A DNA stretch of 64,000 bases from Octopus vulgaris (Eukaryota). Below the pieces are notes generated by a model. It worked only from the letters and a program-made list of their open reading frames with translations, ran no database searches and was not told where the DNA came from. The stretch's first letter is position 1. Every line of letters begins with the position of its first letter. Made by a program: the position numbers and the translations under genes. The stretch is taken from contig OX597817.1 in NCBI GenBank assembly GCA_951406725.2, forward strand, positions 20,150,001-20,214,000. The letters are read 5' to 3'. Shown piece after piece: positions 12,801 to 26,190 of this stretch.

Positions 12801-13971
12801 AAGTAATGTTTAATTATTAATTGACTCCTGAAATCTATGTACTGAAATCTGTAGATATTGAAAAAATTGAGAAAAATCGATCAAGGTTTTCTTTTTAAAT
12901 ATTGTAAACAGTTTTTGAATGGAAGTGCCCTTGAATTAAACCTTTCAAATTTGGTGATTTGTTCTAGGATACAGTAAAGTCCTACCCCACTCCATTATAT
13001 AACGAATGTGCTGCTTAAATCATTGCGTATGTTATTAGGGTAGTAATAGAAAAATGTATGTAACGTATAATTATTTCACTTTGGTTAATATAGAGTAAAT
13101 TTCGTTCGTAAAGTGCCGGAAAGTATAGATAATTAGCATATGTTCGTTGTTGAAGCATTTATTAAGCAGAAATCTTAAAATCAAATTCATTAAATACAAA
13201 TTCTAAGGTATGCTAAAATGCACACACGCATACACACACACACACACAAACGTGCGCGCACACACGCTTGCAAGTACACCCACGCACTCACACACACAGA
13301 TACACAAAGAAAGGAATATAACGCATTCTGTTTTCTGCTTTATAAATAGCATATTTGACAGCGATAGATACTACTGTTGGACTTCTCCACCGTTGTTTTA
13401 GAAATTCGCACTGATTTTTTTCCCTTCAGTTTCAAAATAATTCAGATTTCATTATTACAATTTTGTTATGGTGTACGACAAAATGACAAAAAGACGATAC
13501 AGAATATGAATTATTACATTCAATAAATATATATTATATATTTACGTAAATATTCTTTACTGATAAAGAGTTATACTTCTGTTAAAATTTATAGAGGACA
13601 CATTTCATACCATACATATTTTTATATACATCTGTCAGAAATTTCCACATCATTCTTCAGATATTATCAGATGAGTATTACTAATATATTTTAGTCATTT
13701 CAATATATTACACTTCTCATATAGAAAATCAAATGTACTAAGTCAAAAGTAGTGAATTTCATAAGGTACAATTTTAAACATTTTAGTGTTTACCTTATTC
13801 TAAATGAATATTATAAACGATTTGATAAATTATTTGCAAGCACTTGCATCACATTCATAGAACCAATGTAAATGCACTCCTTCATTTTCTAAAATTGTAT
13901 TTAATACGATACTATAGAGGAATGATAAAATCTTTAAGATGCTCTATTAAATTTTTGTTCAAAATAAATCA

Positions 13972-14139
13972 TAGGCGGAGGAGTGGGGGTGTGGTAAGTA
14001 GCTCGCTTACCAACCACATAGCTCCGGGTTCAGTCCCACTGCGTGGCACCTTGGGCAGGTGTTTTCTACTATAGCCTCTGGCCGACCAAATCCTTGTGAG
14101 CGGATTTGGTAGACGGAAACTAAAAAGAAGCCCGTCGTA

Positions 14140-14173
<34 letters not shown>

Positions 14174-14412
14174 TGAGTGTGTGTGTGTGTATGTGTGTGT
14201 GTGTGTGTGTGTGTTTGTGTGCCTGTGTTTGTCCCTCAACATCTCTTGGCAACCGATGTGGTGTGTTTACGTCCCCGTAACTTAGCGGTTCGGCAAAAGA
14301 GAACGATAGAATAAGTACTAGGCCTCCAAAGAATAAGTCCTGGGGCCGATTTTCTCGATTAAGGCGGTGCTCCAGCATGGCCACAGTTACATGGCTGAAA
14401 CAAGTAAAATAG
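13972..14412 (+). mobile_element. SINE family A, full length
   Basis: Head ggcggaggagtgggggtgtggtaagtagc..gggttcagtcccac, internal microsatellite, 3' end ggcggtgctccagcatggcc..gaaacaagtaaaa. Confidence 0.93.
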
Positions 14413-15159
14413 TAAACATTGTAAAATTCAAATCAGTGATACAGTCCTATATTTTATCTAAATATCATTCAAAATCGAAAGTTTCAATTATCGTAAAGTA
14501 TGTCAATGGTATTCACATCATTATGTTGATATTCGTCCTCATATCTCTGGTTATATTCACCATCTTGCTTCGTGCCTTATCTAAACTAAGCAAACGTTTG
14601 TTGGAAATCTTATCTGCGAGAGTGCACTTTTGTGTAGTAGGAAAATAATGAATATTAGCCACTTTTCTAAATGACTCTTAGTCATTTATACCTACTTATT
14701 GAGTGCCTAATCAGAGGTACATTCATCTTTGTGTAACCATTAAAGGTCCTTGAATTTTCAGTAGGATACACGCGAAGGAGTTTAATTTTATATCACACTG
14801 GCATTTCCTCCCAGAAGAGACATCAGACTGGTTTTGGATGATTTACTTGATGTTGATTTTTCTTTTAGAAAAGAAATTCAGTGGGTATGAGTTTACAGAA
14901 ATGCTCAATTTCGTCAAAATTGCACACATACTTTTGTGTACAGCACCCTTTATCAATCCTATATTTCAGATGCTTAGGATGATTTATACCAGCGTCCGTG
15001 TAAAAACTAGCGCTTCATCAATTAATTTTATCCTGCGCAAAATCAGGTGTTTCTTAAAATTTTCCAAACGGCCTTGACGTACACGATTGTAGTTTTTGAT
15101 TAGAATTTTCACTATGGTGTTTTTGAACATAACCATATAAACATAAAGTTGATATTTTT

Positions 15160-15320
15160 AGAAAAATAAAAGAGGAAGGCAAGTGTATGAACTACAAGCA
15201 AGTGTATTAGTTTGACACTCGGGGAAGTGGGAACGCTTTTTATATTTCGAGCCTACGCTCTTCAACAGAAAGGAATAAAAGAAAATAAACAGAGAGAGAA
15301 TAAAGAAACTCGTGGATTAA
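15160..15320 (-). mobile_element. Solo PLE pseudo-LTR-like unit with a decayed hammerhead
   Basis: Minus strand reads cttt ctgTtga a gagc-gtag-gctc gaaa tata aaaag; stem II is identical to the 4927 copy. Confidence 0.65.
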
Positions 15321-15479
15321 TGATCAAGCATGGTGTTGGTTCGAAAATTCCAATCATGAACATTGTTATATTGCATTGAGTGTGATTCTTGATCCATACA
15401 CACAAGAACAGTTCCATGTTTAGCATCACGTTAGATTTAGGATTAAATATCTGAACAAGAAAAGGAGAAAATATTTGAG

Positions 15480-15990
15480 CATCGAGTAAATGTCCTCTCT
15501 ATGAACACGTAGTTTTCTCATTATATAGTTCGCAAAGTGGTTGCATAGAAGATATGTATACTCCCACTAATGCTCACATCACTCTTATTTTCAAAGGGTA
15601 ATGTGTACATTGTTAATTTAATGATTCCTATAAGAAGAATCTATTTCTGAAAACCACTCCAAAAGTAAAGTGTTAGAAAGGGAATACGGATGAATATAAA
15701 TATAGCAAGACTAAATTCATTTATACTTCTGTTAGTATACAAAACGTTTACATTTAAAACTTCTAAAAACAACCAAATATAGGTAATCTAATGTTAAAAA
15801 CTGGCATGAAATCCAGCATTATAGAAATATTAAGAAGTAATTTTAGGGTGACCACTAAAAAGTTCCTGATGATATATATTTTGTGCGGAAACTAAAGTAA
15901 CATGTGCAAAGAGGAGTAACATTCCACTCATCTTAAATGATTTACAGTTTCTGTCTATTTTCACTTTCGGTTTGCTTTTACATAGATGGG
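15480..15990 (+). mobile_element. Decayed PLE 3' end (endonuclease C-terminus plus pseudo-LTR with hammerhead core)
   Basis: Remnants SKCPL and HEIQHYRNIKK*F*GDH*, immediately followed by CTGATGA (15866) ... GAAA ctaaag TA. Confidence 0.5.
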
Positions 15991-17564
15991 CCTATGATAT
16001 GGATTTTCTGGAAGGTAGTTTTCAAGATGTTACATAACTTCCATTTTGAACAGTTTGCATGCATGAATATCTAATGATTCAGGGACCTGAAAAACTCGCA
16101 TTTAGAGGCATTTTTTGGTGCCAAAAAAGTGGTTTTAGGTTTCGTATGCAAGCAGGCGGGGCTTGCTCTGAGCACTCTACTTTTTTCACAGTGAACGTAC
16201 CGGCCGCCTCGGGCACTCGATAAAGAGCACTAAAACACAGAAGTTATCTTTATTCTTTATACAAATTTAACAAAAGTGTCAATGTTCTGATAGAATAAGT
16301 TTATTCTTAGTTTTAGGACTCAACAATGTCAACTTATGGTCATTAAGTGTGACATACGTAAATTTCAGTATTGCATTTTACTGCTACGTCAAAAATTTCT
16401 TCCTATGTTTATTTCCGTAACAAATATTAAAAATTGATAAATATAAATAATTAATAACGAAAATGATAAATACACCTGTATAATACTATACCTAGTTATT
16501 TGAAATATATCAGAGAAGATTAATCATATATATTCAAGTATGATAAATGTATGGAAATGGACATTGATAATTTATCATTGGTAAATATGTTATTTAGGAA
16601 ATATGTTTCTTACTTTTATTCAAATGACTTTATAGTCTTAATTTGCATCAACATATCAAAGATTGAAAACTCAAAAACAAAAAATAACAACAAAAAATAA
16701 TAAGAAGAAGAAAGCACTTCGAAATGTATTACAAAGTTATTTAAAAGGTTTCATATAAATTTTCTTTTGCCTTTAGGTCAACAGTTGTATTTTAAAAGAT
16801 AAATCATATAGTTACATACTAATAATTTTCTGCTCACTTTTGTATTTATAAGGTCTGAATGCAGCAACTGCTGTACAGAACAGATTATCATACACAACAG
16901 CCATGCCTTCAATAGGCTGTATAAGCAATGTTTCGCTCTCGTGGTGGCATGAAGCGCTCCAAGAGCATAATATATGAGCAAACGATACTGAGTACGCCCT
17001 GAGTGTGTCTTGAAAATACCAATTTGACCAGACCACTTTGCCTCATTTTTGATGGACATTTGCTGCTCTGTTTTATAATTTATCGTTTCTTTTCGAAAAA
17101 AATAGAATGATGTTTGTACAAAGCGATGCCAGCCAAGAAGCAACGGATTTGCATAAAAGGCATAATTCTACAATTACAGTCCTCATCTTCACAAACACCA
17201 ATTGCTGACGTCACCCTATGTTTAATCAATTCCACATTTTACTGGTCAGCGCTAGAAGCCTTGGTAAAAAATAAACATTCAGCTGACCAAAACCAGTAGT
17301 TTCTGAAGAGAATCAACAAAGAAGACCATTCGACAACGGTCTGGTGAAAAGGAGTTACGAAAGCGTTTGACGAAAATAATGCCGTATGTATATAGATGAC
17401 CAACCAAAGCAGTGACATTTTACATGTCAAAAGCAATTAATCTAAACAATCGCAAAATAAATGACGTCACCAAGATGTGCATGAACCAAGACGCTAAATT
17501 TTTACCAAACCAAAATAAGGGATGAGAACATCCGAAAGAAAAGCGACATGAATATGAGTGTATT

Positions 17565-17693
<129 letters not shown>

Positions 17694-17694
17694 A

Positions 17695-17890
17695 CTCTTG
17701 AGTATTGAAAATGTTGCATGACGCAACGGAAATTTGAAGAAAATAAAGATAAGGAATAAGGGAAAATTTTACCGGTGAGATGAGTGTGTTAAATTACTAG
17801 GGACAAAAAGAAAATGACTGTTCCCAGATACTACAGAATATGCTTCAACACACGAACGTAAGGAATCTTGCAAACCTAATGACAAAACGA
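17695..17890. repeat. Unclassified ~190 bp interspersed repeat, copy 1 of 3
   Basis: tattgaaaatgttgcatgacgcaacg..gagtgtgttaa..cttcaacacacgaa..tcttgcaa aligns with 18680-18870 and partly with 54555-54705. Confidence 0.7.
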
Positions 17891-17915
17891 TATATATATA
17901 TATATATATATATAG

Positions 17916-18157
17916 GGCGCAGGCGTAGCTGTGTGGTAAGAGACTTGATTCCTAACCACATACTTCCCGGTTTAGTCCAACTGCATGGCACGTTGGTGTG
18001 TTTACGTCCCAAAAAATCAGCGGTTCGGCAAAAGTTGACGATATAATACGTACTAGGCTTACACGGAGTAAGTCCTGGGGTCGATTCATTCGACAAAAGT
18101 TGGTGCTCCGCCATGGCTTCAGTCAAAGAACTGAAACAAGTAAAGGAATAAAAGAAT
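17916..18157 (+). mobile_element. SINE family A with a large internal deletion
   Basis: The head ggcgcaggcgtagctgtgtggtaag joins directly to tggtgtgtttacgtccc; the 3' end is retained. Confidence 0.85.
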
Positions 18158-18614
18158 ATATCTACGTGTGTGTGTGTTTGTGTGTGCGTGTGCGCACAAC
18201 GTGTGTGCTCTCGTTTATGTGTGTCTGTAAGATAGTGTGCGTGTGTGCTTGCGTGTGTGTGTGTATTTGAGTGGTTGTGCAAATGTATTCACCAGTGTTC
18301 TCGTGCATACGCAACTATCTGGTCTGTAGAACGTACGGAAAATTGACCGGTGATGTAATTGTTAGTGACCCTTCAAGTACTTTCGACAAAAAAAGGTAAA
18401 ATGGCATGTAATATTACAGTAGAACAATTTGCTCTAGATTAGGGTGTAATTTTATTCAGTTTCTATTTAAGGCTCTTTTGTAAGCAGAAATCTCGCAAAA
18501 ACTACCAATGTTCTACATATATATATTCATGTTAGAACATATTACATATGTTATCTAACACTCTCTCGCTCTTTTTATATCTCTCTTTCTCTCTCGCTCT
18601 CACTATATATACAT

Positions 18615-18679
<65 letters not shown>

Positions 18680-18682
<3 letters not shown>

Positions 18683-18866
18683 TCAGCGACTATTGAAGAG
18701 GTTGCAAGACGCAACGAAACTTCTAGAAAAAATATAAAACGCAAATGAGTGGAAATCAAACCAGTGAGTGTGTTAAGTATTAAGACACTAAACAGAAATA
18801 ATATGTCCATACACTATAAAATACACTTCAACACATGAAGTTTCTTGCAATTCAAATACAAAAACG

Positions 18867-18870
<4 letters not shown>
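18680..18870. repeat. Unclassified ~190 bp interspersed repeat, copy 2 of 3
   Basis: gagtcagcgactattgaagaggttgcaagac..aaatgagtggaaatc matches 54555 and 17695. Confidence 0.7.
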
Positions 18871-18910
<40 letters not shown>

Positions 18911-18912
<2 letters not shown>

Positions 18913-19316
18913 TTAGTCTTTTACTCTTTTACTTGTTTCAGTCATTTGACTGCGGCCATGCTGGAGCACCGCCTTTAGTCGAGCAAATCGACCCCGGGAC
19001 TTATTCTTTGTAAGCCCAGTACTTATTCTATCGGTCTCTTTTGCCGAACCGCTAAATAACGGGGACATAAACACACCAGCATCGGTTGTCAAGCAATGCT
19101 AGGGGGACAAACACAGACACACAAACAAGCACACCCATATATATACATACATATATACGACGGGCTTCTTTCAGTTTCCGTCTACCAAATCTACTCACAA
19201 GGCTTTGGTCGGCCCGAGGCTATAGTAGAAGACACTTGCCCAAGGTGTCACGTAGTGGGACTGAACCCGGAACCATGTGGTTGGTAAACAAGCTACTTAC
19301 CACACAGCCACTCCTA
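18911..19316 (-). mobile_element. SINE family A, near full length
   Basis: High identity to 39862-40290. Confidence 0.95.
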
Positions 19317-20873
19317 CTATGAGTGAAAAATTTATGTCAACACAATATTATCGATGTCATGCAAATCCAAATTTGTGAAATTCTAACTCAATATCTGAAA
19401 AAAATATTTGCTGTCAAAAGACGCTACCAAAATTTAACTTCAGACATTCATTCATTCAGCCAAGAGTGACGTCATTGAATAACTAATTTACTTTATAAGA
19501 AATGCCATACTAATTCCATATTTTTTGACAGTTTGAAATATACACAGAAAAAAATCACAAAATATAACGTAAAAAATTAGTATTGTTATCTACTAAAACT
19601 GGATATGTAAAGAAAAAAGACTGTAGAATTCTATGTAATGCTCAATTCTATGTATTACTTAAAAGTTAAGTGAAGAATAAAAACTAGAGATAATAATTGT
19701 ACCTAATGCGTAATAGAAACCTACTTTACGCCGCAATGATGAATTACCTATTTATTTATTTATTTATTATCATAATCCCTTCTATAGAAATTAATCTTAT
19801 TATATAATAACTGAAGAATGGTTACATTCAACAACATACATTCATCAAGGACCTCACTGATAATTAAAAAATAAAAAAATATAGAAAAGTCTACAAAATA
19901 CCTATTTATTCATTATAATAAACTATAAGTAGGAGTTTATTATATATTAATAAAAAAATTATTCTAATTAATAATATTGTATTCAACCACTGATGACTAC
20001 GCTAAATAACTATAGTATTAAAATAACGGATAATATAATTAAATACCAATTTATTTATTATATTATACCCTTTTCGAGGAATTAAATTTATTATGTAATA
20101 ATTGAAATATTACTATAATTAATAATATATAATTATTTAATACATATAATTATATAAATAATATATATAATTCTTGATATCTTGATGGATAATTAAAGTA
20201 TTAAAATTACAGATAACAATTCTAGGTTATGCTTAATCGAATCTTCGATACTTTACAACATAATTATTTATTTACTCCTTATATTTAGCACTCTAATAGA
20301 GATTAACCTTATTATATGATAATTAACAAACAATATTATAATCAATAATTGAAATATTTGAAAGTCTTTCTAAATTAATGGCAACATCTTAGAGTTAAGT
20401 GCCTATTAACATTCAATAAAATTAATTTAGAAATAACTTAATTTTAATTCTTCGTGGTAAGGAACACAAGTAGGATTACCGATATTATAAGTTGGTTCAT
20501 AACTAATAATGGACCAATTTAAATCATATTTAATATTATCAAACTGTAAATTCGAAATGCATTTACTAAGATTTGTAGAATTACACTTTCTTCCATAATG
20601 AAAGAACTAGTAGCGGAAGAACCAAAATACCAAAGCTTACGATGCTTAGTTTTTACTTCACACTGATATATATAATTCTTCTTTAAACATTCATTTCTTG
20701 AAGTTAAACTTGCTTTGGCCTTTCATTTTGTTCGTGTTTTTTAACATCAATATTTTTTCAGATGTTCAGTTAGAATTTCAACAATTTAGATTAGCTCGAT
20801 GATGTCGAGTTGACAAGAATTTACGTACATATTGTAATAAATTTTAATAGTATGTATATATATATATATATAA

Positions 20874-21234
20874 AACTTAGATAAAACTTAGATATGTTTC
20901 GACCAGAGATTAGTCCAGGCCATGTCTAACTTAATAGCACCACCTGATTATTCGAATCCTATCTAAGTCAAGTTTTGTTCAAGTAGTGAGTTCTTGTTGG
21001 GTGAGTTGTATCCAATTATGGGTGGCTTATCTGGTATTCTTTGAAGGAATCTATCCAGACTCTGTTTAAAGTTGATGGGATCCTTTTCCTCTTTGATCTC
21101 CCTCGGGACAATGTTAAATAGGGCAGGGCCTGTTGAGGAAAAGAAATTATGTTGCAGTGTACATGTATGTTGTGATCTTGAATTTGGCAGGGGACGTATA
21201 GCCCGTGGTCCAAGTCTTGGATGAACCTTGAAGC

Positions 21235-21237
<3 letters not shown>
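20874..21237 (-). mobile_element. CR1-group LINE 3' end (ORF2 C-terminus, 3' UTR and tail)
   Basis: FSSTGPALFNIVPREIK..FKQSLDRFLQRIPDKP..GY..NSLL*, then a short UTR ending in (ATCTAAGTTTT)2. Flanked by (TA)n. Confidence 0.85.
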
Positions 21238-21281
<44 letters not shown>

Positions 21282-21349
21282 GTGTGTGTGTGTGTTTGTG
21301 TATACATATATATATATATACATATATACATACCTGTCTCTCTCTCTCT

Positions 21350-21415
<66 letters not shown>

Positions 21416-21744
21416 CGAAACATATCTAATGTTAAATGCTAGTGTTGAATATTTCAATATCTCTACCAACAGAGTCATGTTTCATAGACGCTAAAGAAAT
21501 TCATTTCCCTAAATTAGAATAAGCTGTTACAACATTACTCATCAAATATCGTTTTCCCAAAAGAAATGAAGCAATGATCAGTAGCCGAATCACACGTCAA
21601 ATTTTTACACAAGTTGCTCTGGTTAACTAGCTGTGAAGTCATAAGAATAAATACACACACACTCACAGAAACAACACACATATGTGTGCAGATATACATA
21701 TGTACACTTATACATTTGTATATTTGCATTTATATATACCTACA

Positions 21745-22075
21745 TGAGAAGGCATGTGAATTAGTGGTTCATAAATTTGGCTCACGATCGCAAGGCCGTG
21801 AGTTCATTTCCCGGCGACGCGTTGTGTCCTTGAGGAAGACACTTCATTCTACGGTGTTCCAGTACACTCAGCAGGCAAAAATGAGTCGTACTGGTGTTTC
21901 AAAGAGCCAGGCTTGTGACATTGCGTCACGCAGCATCTCCCTTAGGATTACGTCAAGGGTGCATATGTCAGTGGATTGTTCACCCACATGCACGTTAATT
22001 TTGTGAGCAGGTGAACCGTTGATCGGACCAGCTGTATGCCACATCGACGTAACCGACGGATTACCAGTTGGTTAT
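21745..22075 (+). mobile_element. Old tRNA-derived SINE
   Basis: Degenerate A/B boxes (ttagtggt; gagttcatttcc) followed by a gttgtgtccttgaggaagacactt central-domain motif. Confidence 0.65.
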
Positions 22076-22217
22076 ACCTATCTGTAAATAAATACATATA
22101 TTCACACATACACATGCAACCTCCCACATACGCACGCACACATACAAACACACACACACAAATATATACATGCGAGTGCATGCTTACACCTATATTTATA
22201 ACCTATATTTATAATCA

Positions 22218-22451
22218 GGCGGCGAGCTGGTAGAAACGTTAGCACGCCGGGCAAAATTCGTAGCAGTATTTCGTCTGTCGTTACGTTCCGAGTTCAAAAT
22301 TCCGCCGAGGTCGACTTTGCCTTTCATCCTTTCGGGGTCGATAAATTAAGTACCAGTTACGCACTGGGGTCGATGTAATCGACTTAATCCGTTTGTCTGT
22401 CCTTGTTTGTCCCCTCTGTGCTTAGCCCCTTGTGGGTAGTAAAGAAATAGG
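22218..22451 (+). mobile_element. SINE family C, full length
   Basis: ggcggcgagctgg..gagttcaaaattccgccgaggtcgactttgcctttcatcctttcggggtcgataaa, with tatttataacctat repeated on both sides. Confidence 0.92.
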
Positions 22452-22519
22452 TATTTATAACCTATGTTGATACACGCAAATAGCTGAGGGTCACTTGAAC
22501 GAGTATGTGCCTGTGTATA

Positions 22520-22904
22520 TCTATCTCTATCTATATAAACGGCAGTTTGTCTGTGCGTGTTTCTGTGTGTCTGTTTGCTTGTACCCTCACCCTGACCACG
22601 GCTTTCAACCGATTCTGATGAAACTTGACACACACATAGCCCAATGTCATAATTCAAAACTAACGGAGCGAAAATTTTGAAAAGTTCCCCCAGTTCTGAA
22701 AAATATCGATATATTCGACATGGGGTCGAGAATCAGAAACACAAACCGCAAACTGTCTAGGGGACGCAACTCCACCTTTTTTAACTAAAAAAAATTTACC
22801 ATCATTTTTTTCCATTTTTTTGCTATTATTTGGCTATAACTCTCTAAAAATGCTTTATAGTTATTTCCCTTACAAACCTGAGCAACGCCGGGCGATACTG
22901 CTAG
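22520..22904 (+). mobile_element. Non-autonomous Helitron
   Basis: 5' TCTATC..TATATAAA, 3' hairpin cctgagcaacgccggg then CTAG, inserted between A and T with no target duplication. Confidence 0.85.
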
Positions 22905-23314
22905 TAATATATAAACAGATAAACAGAACTATGATATATAAACAAATTGGCCAACTAAATATTCCATACACCCACATGAAAGTAACAAAATTTAATTTCG
23001 ATATAGTGAATTTACAGAATGCTGTTTTTATTCAACAGTTTGTCACATTCAAATAAATTAACCTCTTGCATTTCAGAAATGCAGGCCGAAAATTTGCTGA
23101 CTACGATATATATCGGTGGCCAACTAATTTTGTGATACAATTAGCAGCGTATATATCCTGCAGGTGCTTCGTCATTTCATTAGTCAGACGCAAAGTAGCC
23201 ATTACATTCACTCACTATACCGCATACACATGCACACACCCACACAACGACGCACACACGCAAACATACATGCACACACACACACAAACATACATATATA
23301 CATATATATATGCA

Positions 23315-23354
<40 letters not shown>

Positions 23355-23659
23355 TAATATATATGAGTAATGGGCAATGACAATTATTCTCAACAAAATA
23401 ACATGTTCAACCGTTCCTTTCAGCGACAGCACACGTCTGGATAAACAGACACACCTGCAGCTTCGAAACTGTAAATAATATAAGGAGGTATGATTAAATA
23501 CAGCAAATAAATCTATTGAATGAGAAATTCTTTGCCTTTTTTGAACTATCAATAATTGAAAATATGTATGTACATACATATGTGTGTATGTATGTATGCA
23601 TGTATGTATGTATATATATATATGTTTGTGTGTATATATATATAAAGGATAGTTGCGTA

Positions 23660-24190
23660 TATTGTATAAAGGATGTGAATTCCAAGGCCCACCCCTGAGA
23701 AAATCTCTGTCCAAGGACAATTCCTCTTACTACTACAAAGAAAGCACGTTATCGAACTGCTGCATCAATGACCCTGAAGTTTGCAAGAGGACCTATGTTG
23801 TATACAAGTTCTTCTGTTGCAAATGTGCCGCATCATACATACGAAGCTCAACAAGGAAACTATATATACAGTAAGGAATAGATTCAGTCAGACTCTGTCG
23901 TGAAGGAAAAAAATACGAAAATGACAGATATGGGAATTCACGGCGCACATCAAGGTAGCGCAGTGGCACAGGGACACCTTGAGAATCTCTGGGATCATCC
24001 TCATACATCAAAGAAACCTAAGATCAATAACAGAAAAGAGTTACAAGAAGCTTGGTGGTTGCTATATCAATACATTTCAGCGCATGTCCTCGCCATACAT
24101 GCTCACACACACGCACGTCTGCAACATTCATTAATTTCTTGAACACGGGGTCATGAACCTGAAATATTGAATAAAATGTAAGTCTGCTTT
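23660..24190 (+). mobile_element. PLE GIY-YIG endonuclease remnant and 3' pseudo-LTR
   Basis: VCKRTYVVYKFFCCKCAASYIRSSTRKL (GIY-YIG signature) and KPKINNRKEL. A decayed hammerhead lies at 24136-24172 (ttc ttgaaca ... GAAA tatt gaa). Confidence 0.85.
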
Positions 24191-24300
24191 AATTCATATA
24201 TTTGTTTTCTTTTGATGTACCTTGCATTCAGTTTGTATTGTTCTTGCATTACCCACGATCCTTTTTACAATATATTCTACACGATGCTTCATAGTAATAT

Positions 24301-24373
<73 letters not shown>

Positions 24374-24374
24374 T

Positions 24375-24598
24375 ACACCCTTTTCCTTCCGGTCTTTCAA
24401 AATGTGACCTCGTGTGTACCGTTGCGATTTTTTTCCTCCGTCTTCCCTTCTCTGGATCTTTCCTTCTCCTATATTTCTGACGAAGAGCTCCGCTCGAAAC
24501 GTTTAACCCTCCTTCTTTCCTGAGCGTCCAATAATACTATATTTGTTCCACGTCCTCACGTTGTTCCTTTTTTTGTGCTTTCTTGTTTGGATTAACTA
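24375..24598 (+). mobile_element. Solo PLE pseudo-LTR-like unit with a hammerhead at 24473-24507
   Basis: CTGACGA a gagc-tcc-gctc GAAA cgtt, between (GA)n and (TA)n. Closely related to 26589-26767. Confidence 0.8.
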
Positions 24599-24749
24599 TA
24601 TATATATATATACACGAATGTTTGTGATGCATTTTGTGTGTATGTGTGTTTGTGTGTGTTCCCATGTGCCTGTATGTATGTGTTTTCTCTGTGTGTGTGC
24701 GTATGTATGTGTAATTCAGGAAGAGCAAGCTGTATAACAGCGTGTCTAC

Positions 24750-25230
24750 CCAGTCTTACTACCGTCCTTCATATCCGATAGTGAATATCGGTGAAGATTT
24801 CACATAGGTGACACACATCAGTTTGGAAACACAGTGCTGTCGCAATATTCTCTTACAACGATTAAGAACACACACCATCTACAACGAAAAGACGTTTACC
24901 GGGTCATTAGCAAACAATAGATAATCGACTAGATGTTGACGCTCAAATCTACCAGAAATTATTAACAATAAAGACTCAACGCTATTTGGTTTATCGATCT
25001 TTATCGCGAAACCCGTAGACATTGCACAGTACAACCAATATTTTCTTAGCTGATTTCTATAAGCAAAATACTTATTACAATATAATTATCTATTAACATT
25101 TAATCTCTTTTACCTGTCCCAAACTGCTAATTTTGGTTTTCAATATGAAGTTTTCAATATTTTCCTTTTTACCATGTCTTTAACTGACGAAGTTGCTTTT
25201 TTGTAAAATAAATTAAAAATTCTATAACTA
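24750..25230 (+). mobile_element. Possible highly decayed PLE 3' end
   Basis: Weak endonuclease-like remnants, then CTGACGA agttgc..gtaa at about 25184. Confidence 0.3.
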
Positions 25231-25549
25231 CCAGTTTTCTGATGCAAATGATACGTTAATCCGATGCACGTTTTCATTATAATATATAACAACATACTAG
25301 CTCTGTGTCGTCAGTTCAGGAATATACACTTCGCAAAAACCGAACTTGATGCGCTTCCACGTATAGGTACTTTCATGCATACATAATCCAAACATATGCA
25401 TAATCGAACCTTTTATCCATTTGCATGTTTTACCCCTTACCTGTGTCCCTGCCGTTGCACTGCCTGTGTAATCACCCCTTTATTGGCCACTCGACGTGAT
25501 TCACTTTTTGTGAAATGTGTTCGATACTTGCATAACCGGGACTATGAGG

Positions 25550-25690
25550 TATGAAGTTTGCTCACGTACATCAATGTGGGTTCCGTCCCGCTGCGTGGCA
25601 TCTTCGGCATATGCTATCTACTATAGCCGCAGATTCACTAAAGCCTTGTGTGTGGGTTTAAAATACGGAAACGAAAAGAAGACTGAATTA
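25550..25690 (+). mobile_element. SINE family A 5' part, diverged
   Basis: gggttccgtcccgctgcgtggcatcttcggca..aaagccttgtg..acggaaac. Confidence 0.75.
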
Positions 25691-25728
25691 TACATATACA
25701 GAAATAAATTCATTGTTACACACTGTCA

Positions 25729-26190
25729 TTCGGCTCAAGTAAACAATTTATGTGACATTTATATTCTAAATTGTATACGTAATGAATTTCCTAGATTTTG
25801 AGATGGCTTATATAGAGAAGATGCTCTATTCACTATATATAGATCTACTGTAGTTGATTTAGAAAGATCAATAACAAATCTTTCTAAATTCTTTAAGCGT
25901 CTAGGTCCCTCATTAACTATAGAAAGTGAGTATGAAAGGGTTAACTTCCTGGATGATACTTTTAATTTAAGTCTTGAGTTATACCAACCTTATCATTAGC
26001 AAAATGAGTACTTAAGATATGTAAATAAAATTTCAATTTATCCAAGAATTTTAATAAATTATATCATTAAAATAATATCTACTCGTATTTCGAGACATTC
26101 GGTTAATGAGGACGTATTTAAAAAGAATCAAAATTACTTTAACCGCGCATATTTTTAGCTAGATATGAAGATAAAATTTGCTATATCTGG
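25729..26190 (+). mobile_element. PLE reverse transcriptase remnant
   Basis: One frame reads SAQVNNLCDIYIL..GLYREDAL..VNFLDDTFNL..YQPYH*QNEYLRYVNK..ISTRISRHSVNEDVF (PLE YRDD, NFLD and thumb motifs). Confidence 0.9.

Noticed and set aside
14700-15130. Possible Tc1-like transposase remnant on the minus strand
   Set aside because: Peptide resemblance is too weak to call by eye.
16778-17440. 121-aa ORF and neighbouring non-repetitive ORFs as a host exon
   Set aside because: No recognisable domain or convincing splice pair; left unassigned pending BLASTX or RNA-seq.
22610-22630. CTGATGAAAC as a hammerhead core
   Set aside because: No stem II between CTGATGA and GAAA; it is part of a common Helitron internal motif.
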